A model generated the notes under the pieces. That model made no database searches. It saw only the letters and a list, made by a program, of their open reading frames with translations, and was not told where the DNA came from. The translations under genes and the position numbers were made by a program. This document shows, piece after piece, positions 55,142 to 57,722 of a DNA stretch of 57,722 nucleotides (positions are counted from its first letter, which is position 1; every line of letters begins with the position of its first letter). Origin of the DNA: Acidimicrobiia bacterium. GTDB taxonomy: Bacteria; Actinomycetota; Acidimicrobiia; Spongiisociales; ZC4RG35. The DNA is taken from positions 1-57,722 of the forward strand of contig DASTBQ010000110.1 of assembly GCA_035711995.1 (NCBI GenBank), in the 5' to 3' direction.

Positions 55142-56139
55142 AACTGGACGGCTGCCGCCGCCCAGTGGAAACCAGCTCCGAACGCGGTGAGCACAACGAG
55201 GTCCCCGGGAGCGATCCGGCCCTCGTCGACCGCTTCCCACATGGCGAGGGGGACAGTGGCCGAACCGGTGTTCCCGTATTCGGTGATATTCACGTACACC
55301 TGTTCTTCGCTCAGCTCCAGCCTCTTGCGAACAGCTTCGATGATCCTGAGGTTGGCCTGATGCGGGATCACAAGACGCACCTCCGAGAGGGATCTTCCGA
55401 CCTTGTCGACCACGCTCACCGCAGCCTCGGACATTCGGGTCACCGCCTCGACGAAGATGCGCCGACCGTCCATCACCAGTCTGTTGTAGTCACCACTGGC
55501 CAGCGAGTCGGCGTTGAATGGGTTGCGGGTCCCACCTGCCGCCAGAGTGAGGATCTCAGCTGCCGAACCGTCGGTTCCAGAGACGACACCGAGGACCTCG
55601 GCTCTCCCTCCCTCAGGCGCCAGTACCACGGCACCCGCCCCATCTCCGAAGAGCACAGCCGTTGACCTGTCCTTCATCGAGATCATCCTCGAGATGAGTT
55701 CGACTCCGATCACGAGAATGTGCTTCGGCTCGACGAGTAGCCGCGATCTGGCAACGTCGAGTGCCTGGACGAACCCAGCGCAACCGCTCCCGCCGAGATC
55801 GTACGTGGGTATGAAGCGACATCCGAGCTGATGCTGGACGAGCGCCGCAGTGTCGGGTGTCATCATCTCGGGCGTGTCGGTGGCCAGGATTATCTCGTCG
55901 ATGTCGCCCGGTTCCAGACCGGAGTCGACGAGAGCCGACCGCGAAGCAGCGACGGCCAATGTCATAGTCGTCTCGTCTTCGGAGGCGAAGCGGCGGCGTT
56001 TGATACCTGTCCGCTGGGTGATCCACTCATCGGAGGTGTCGATCAGAAGTGCCCACTCCTCGTTGCTCACGATACGCTCGGGGACGTATCCGCCGAACCC
56101 GAGAATGCTGGCGCCGGGGGCAGGTGGGTTGGGACTCAC
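55138..56139 (-). CDS. fabH: 3-oxoacyl-ACP synthase III (KAS III, FabH)
   Basis: SDEWITQRTGIKRR, GGSGCAGF (Cys), IPHQANLRI (His) and YGNTGSATVP (Asn). The GTG start overlaps the upstream stop (GTGA). Confidence 0.88.
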   Translation of the reverse strand: MSPNPPAPGASILGFGGYVPERIVSNEEWALLIDTSDEWITQRTGIKRRRFASEDETTMTLAVAASRSALVDSGLEPGDIDEIILATDTPEMMTPDTAALVQHQLGCRFIPTYDLGGSGCAGFVQALDVARSRLLVEPKHILVIGVELISRMISMKDRSTAVLFGDGAGAVVLAPEGGRAEVLGVVSGTDGSAAEILTLAAGGTRNPFNADSLASGDYNRLVMDGRRIFVEAVTRMSEAAVSVVDKVGRSLSEVRLVIPHQANLRIIEAVRKRLELSEEQVYVNITEYGNTGSATVPLAMWEAVDEGRIAPGDLVVLTAFGAGFHWAAAAVQF

Positions 56140-57722
56140 GACCTGGGGACCTGTCTGACCTCGATGCGCTGGCCGAGATCGAACACGGCCCCGGCGAGCT
56201 CCCGGACCTGTTCTGGGGTGATCTCGTCGACTATCGAGTAGGCATCGGCGATTTCGCTCACTGGCTGATCGGGATACAAGTGTGCCGTGATCAGCGCGGT
56301 GGCGAGAAGACGGTTGTCCACCAACTCGAGCTCGTCTCGCAGTTGCTCGACTGCGGTGCCAAATTCGGCCTGGGATGGACCGTCGATCTGCAACGACTCG
56401 ATGTCGGCCACGATCTCCGTCGAGATCTGCTCCAGTCCGGAAGGGTCGCCCGAGGAGACGATCGAAGCCTCGGCGAAGGCGTCGGGGTCGCGCTGCAAGT
56501 CGATCGAAGCCGATATCGAGTAGGTGGCCGACAGGTCCTCTCGGATCCGCTCACGCAGCCTGGCGGTGACGATCAGTTCGACGACTTGCGCCGTGACCCG
56601 GTCCACGAGCGTGGCTTCGAACTCGTTGGTGAAGAACATCCCTATCTGGCCCTGATCGCCGGCTCCCGCTTCGACGGTCACGGTCTGAACCGTCCTGGGC
56701 GGGAGGGGCTGGTGATCCAAGAACCCACCGTCTCCGATTCCACCCGGGAGTGTCCCGATGTATCTGGCGGCTAGATCAGCCATCTCGGCTGTGTCGAAGT
56801 CGCCTACGAAGGCGAATGCCAGTTTCGACGCGTCACCGAACCGCTCGGTGAAGAGTCGCTCGGCTACTGCGACGTCGAAGTCGGATAGCTGTTCCGAATC
56901 GGGGATCACGAAGTAGCGGGGATCATCTCCGTAGTAGGCGCCAGATACGGCCTCCTCGAAGAGGAGATCGGGTAGGTCTCGGCGGGAGGCATTGAGAGTC
57001 CTCATCTCGTCCAGGACTGCGTCGACAGCTGAGGGGTCGAAGCGGGGTCGGGTGAGGGTGAGATGGAGCAGTTGGAAAAGCGTCTCGACGTCTTGAGAGG
57101 AGGAATCGACCTCGAGTCCCTGTCTGGTCTCGGTTATGAAGGGAGAGACACCGACTATCCGACCCGCCAGTGCCCGTCGCAATGACGGGACGTCGTGATC
57201 CCCCACCCCGCTCCTGCCCACGATCTCGGACATCAGGAAGGCTTCGGGGAGATCGCCCAAGTCCACCAGGGAAGTGCCACCGAAGCCCTCCACCAACCCA
57301 AAGACTGCTTCGGTGGCGATGTTCGACTCCCAGAGATAGACGATTGCTCCGTTCCCGAACTGGAGCGTTGTGAATCCGAACCTGGGGTCCACCGAGGTCC
57401 GCTCTGGAAGGATGGGGTGGGGAGAAGCCATCAACTCGGTCTCCACGGGATCGGCATCGGGACGGTCCTCGAGTTGCACTTCGGGTAGGCCGGCGAGGAC
57501 TTCGAGGACTCGCTCCGGACCTGGAATCTCGATACCCGGGTCGTCAGGGCCAAGGGTGAGGACCACGGGTGGGCGCCCGACGATGTCCCACAACGCCATC
57601 TCGACGTCCTCGGAAGTCAGTCTGGCGAGGATCCCCGACTCCACGTCGAAGCGTTGCCCGGGATTCATCAGATTCGTTCCGGTGAGATGAAAGGCCACGA
57701 TCTGGTCGGTGAATTGAAGGTC
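56136..57722 (-). CDS. M16 (pitrilysin/insulinase) family peptidase, C-terminal part; 5' end lies outside the window
   Basis: M16_C-like repeats are present. The reading frame is open from 57698 to the window edge (DLQFTDQI upstream of the GTG), so the gene is truncated by the window. Confidence 0.7.
   Translation of the reverse strand, partial: DLQFTDQIVAFHLTGTNLMNPGQRFDVESGILARLTSEDVEMALWDIVGRPPVVLTLGPDDPGIEIPGPERVLEVLAGLPEVQLEDRPDADPVETELMASPHPILPERTSVDPRFGFTTLQFGNGAIVYLWESNIATEAVFGLVEGFGGTSLVDLGDLPEAFLMSEIVGRSGVGDHDVPSLRRALAGRIVGVSPFITETRQGLEVDSSSQDVETLFQLLHLTLTRPRFDPSAVDAVLDEMRTLNASRRDLPDLLFEEAVSGAYYGDDPRYFVIPDSEQLSDFDVAVAERLFTERFGDASKLAFAFVGDFDTAEMADLAARYIGTLPGGIGDGGFLDHQPLPPRTVQTVTVEAGAGDQGQIGMFFTNEFEATLVDRVTAQVVELIVTARLRERIREDLSATYSISASIDLQRDPDAFAEASIVSSGDPSGLEQISTEIVADIESLQIDGPSQAEFGTAVEQLRDELELVDNRLLATALITAHLYPDQPVSEIADAYSIVDEITPEQVRELAGAVFDLGQRIEVRQVPRS

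Overview
GC-rich, very gene-dense chromosomal segment with about 60 genes. Intergenic gaps are short, ATGA/GTGA/TTGA start-stop overlaps are common, and GTG/TTG starts are frequent. The style and synteny (ask-asd, recR-ybaB-dnaX, MurJ, GlpX, methylmalonyl-CoA epimerase next to a thiolase) fit a high-GC Actinomycetota genome. I saw no integrase, transposase, phage gene, CRISPR array or rRNA. There is one tRNA-Pro(CGG). Most of the content is housekeeping and transport: a CbiMQO-type Ni/Co ECF importer with a divergent Fur/Nur-like regulator, a TRAP transporter, PhnDCE, a Na/Pi-PhoU pair, two ABC-2 exporters, an MFS/ArsR pair and two two-component systems. The most unusual locus is at 5334-7800 on the minus strand. 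It is a translationally coupled three-gene operon: a 124-aa protein made of 11-12 tandem DSDGVDS(T/S) octapeptides, then a JmjC/cupin-4 Fe(II)/2OG oxygenase, then a sucrase/ferredoxin-like Fe-S protein. I read this as a candidate dedicated substrate-oxygenase-redox-partner system (repeat-protein or RiPP-like hydroxylation, or a polyanionic metal binder). I do not recognise this architecture as a described system. Secondary oddities are listed here.
- A Nur-box-like palindrome lies in the cbiM/fur divergent promoter.
- The Fur-family gene is translationally coupled to a LigB-type extradiol dioxygenase.
- PhnE carries a roughly 330-aa extracytoplasmic insertion.
- The aspartokinase has a single ACT domain.
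- One operon runs maltokinase-like kinase, acidic secreted protein, HK, RR.
- An S58/aminotransferase/HDAC-like/S9 catabolic cluster is present.
- An M16 peptidase gene is coupled to fabH.
All functional calls come from reading motifs by eye. No database search was possible.
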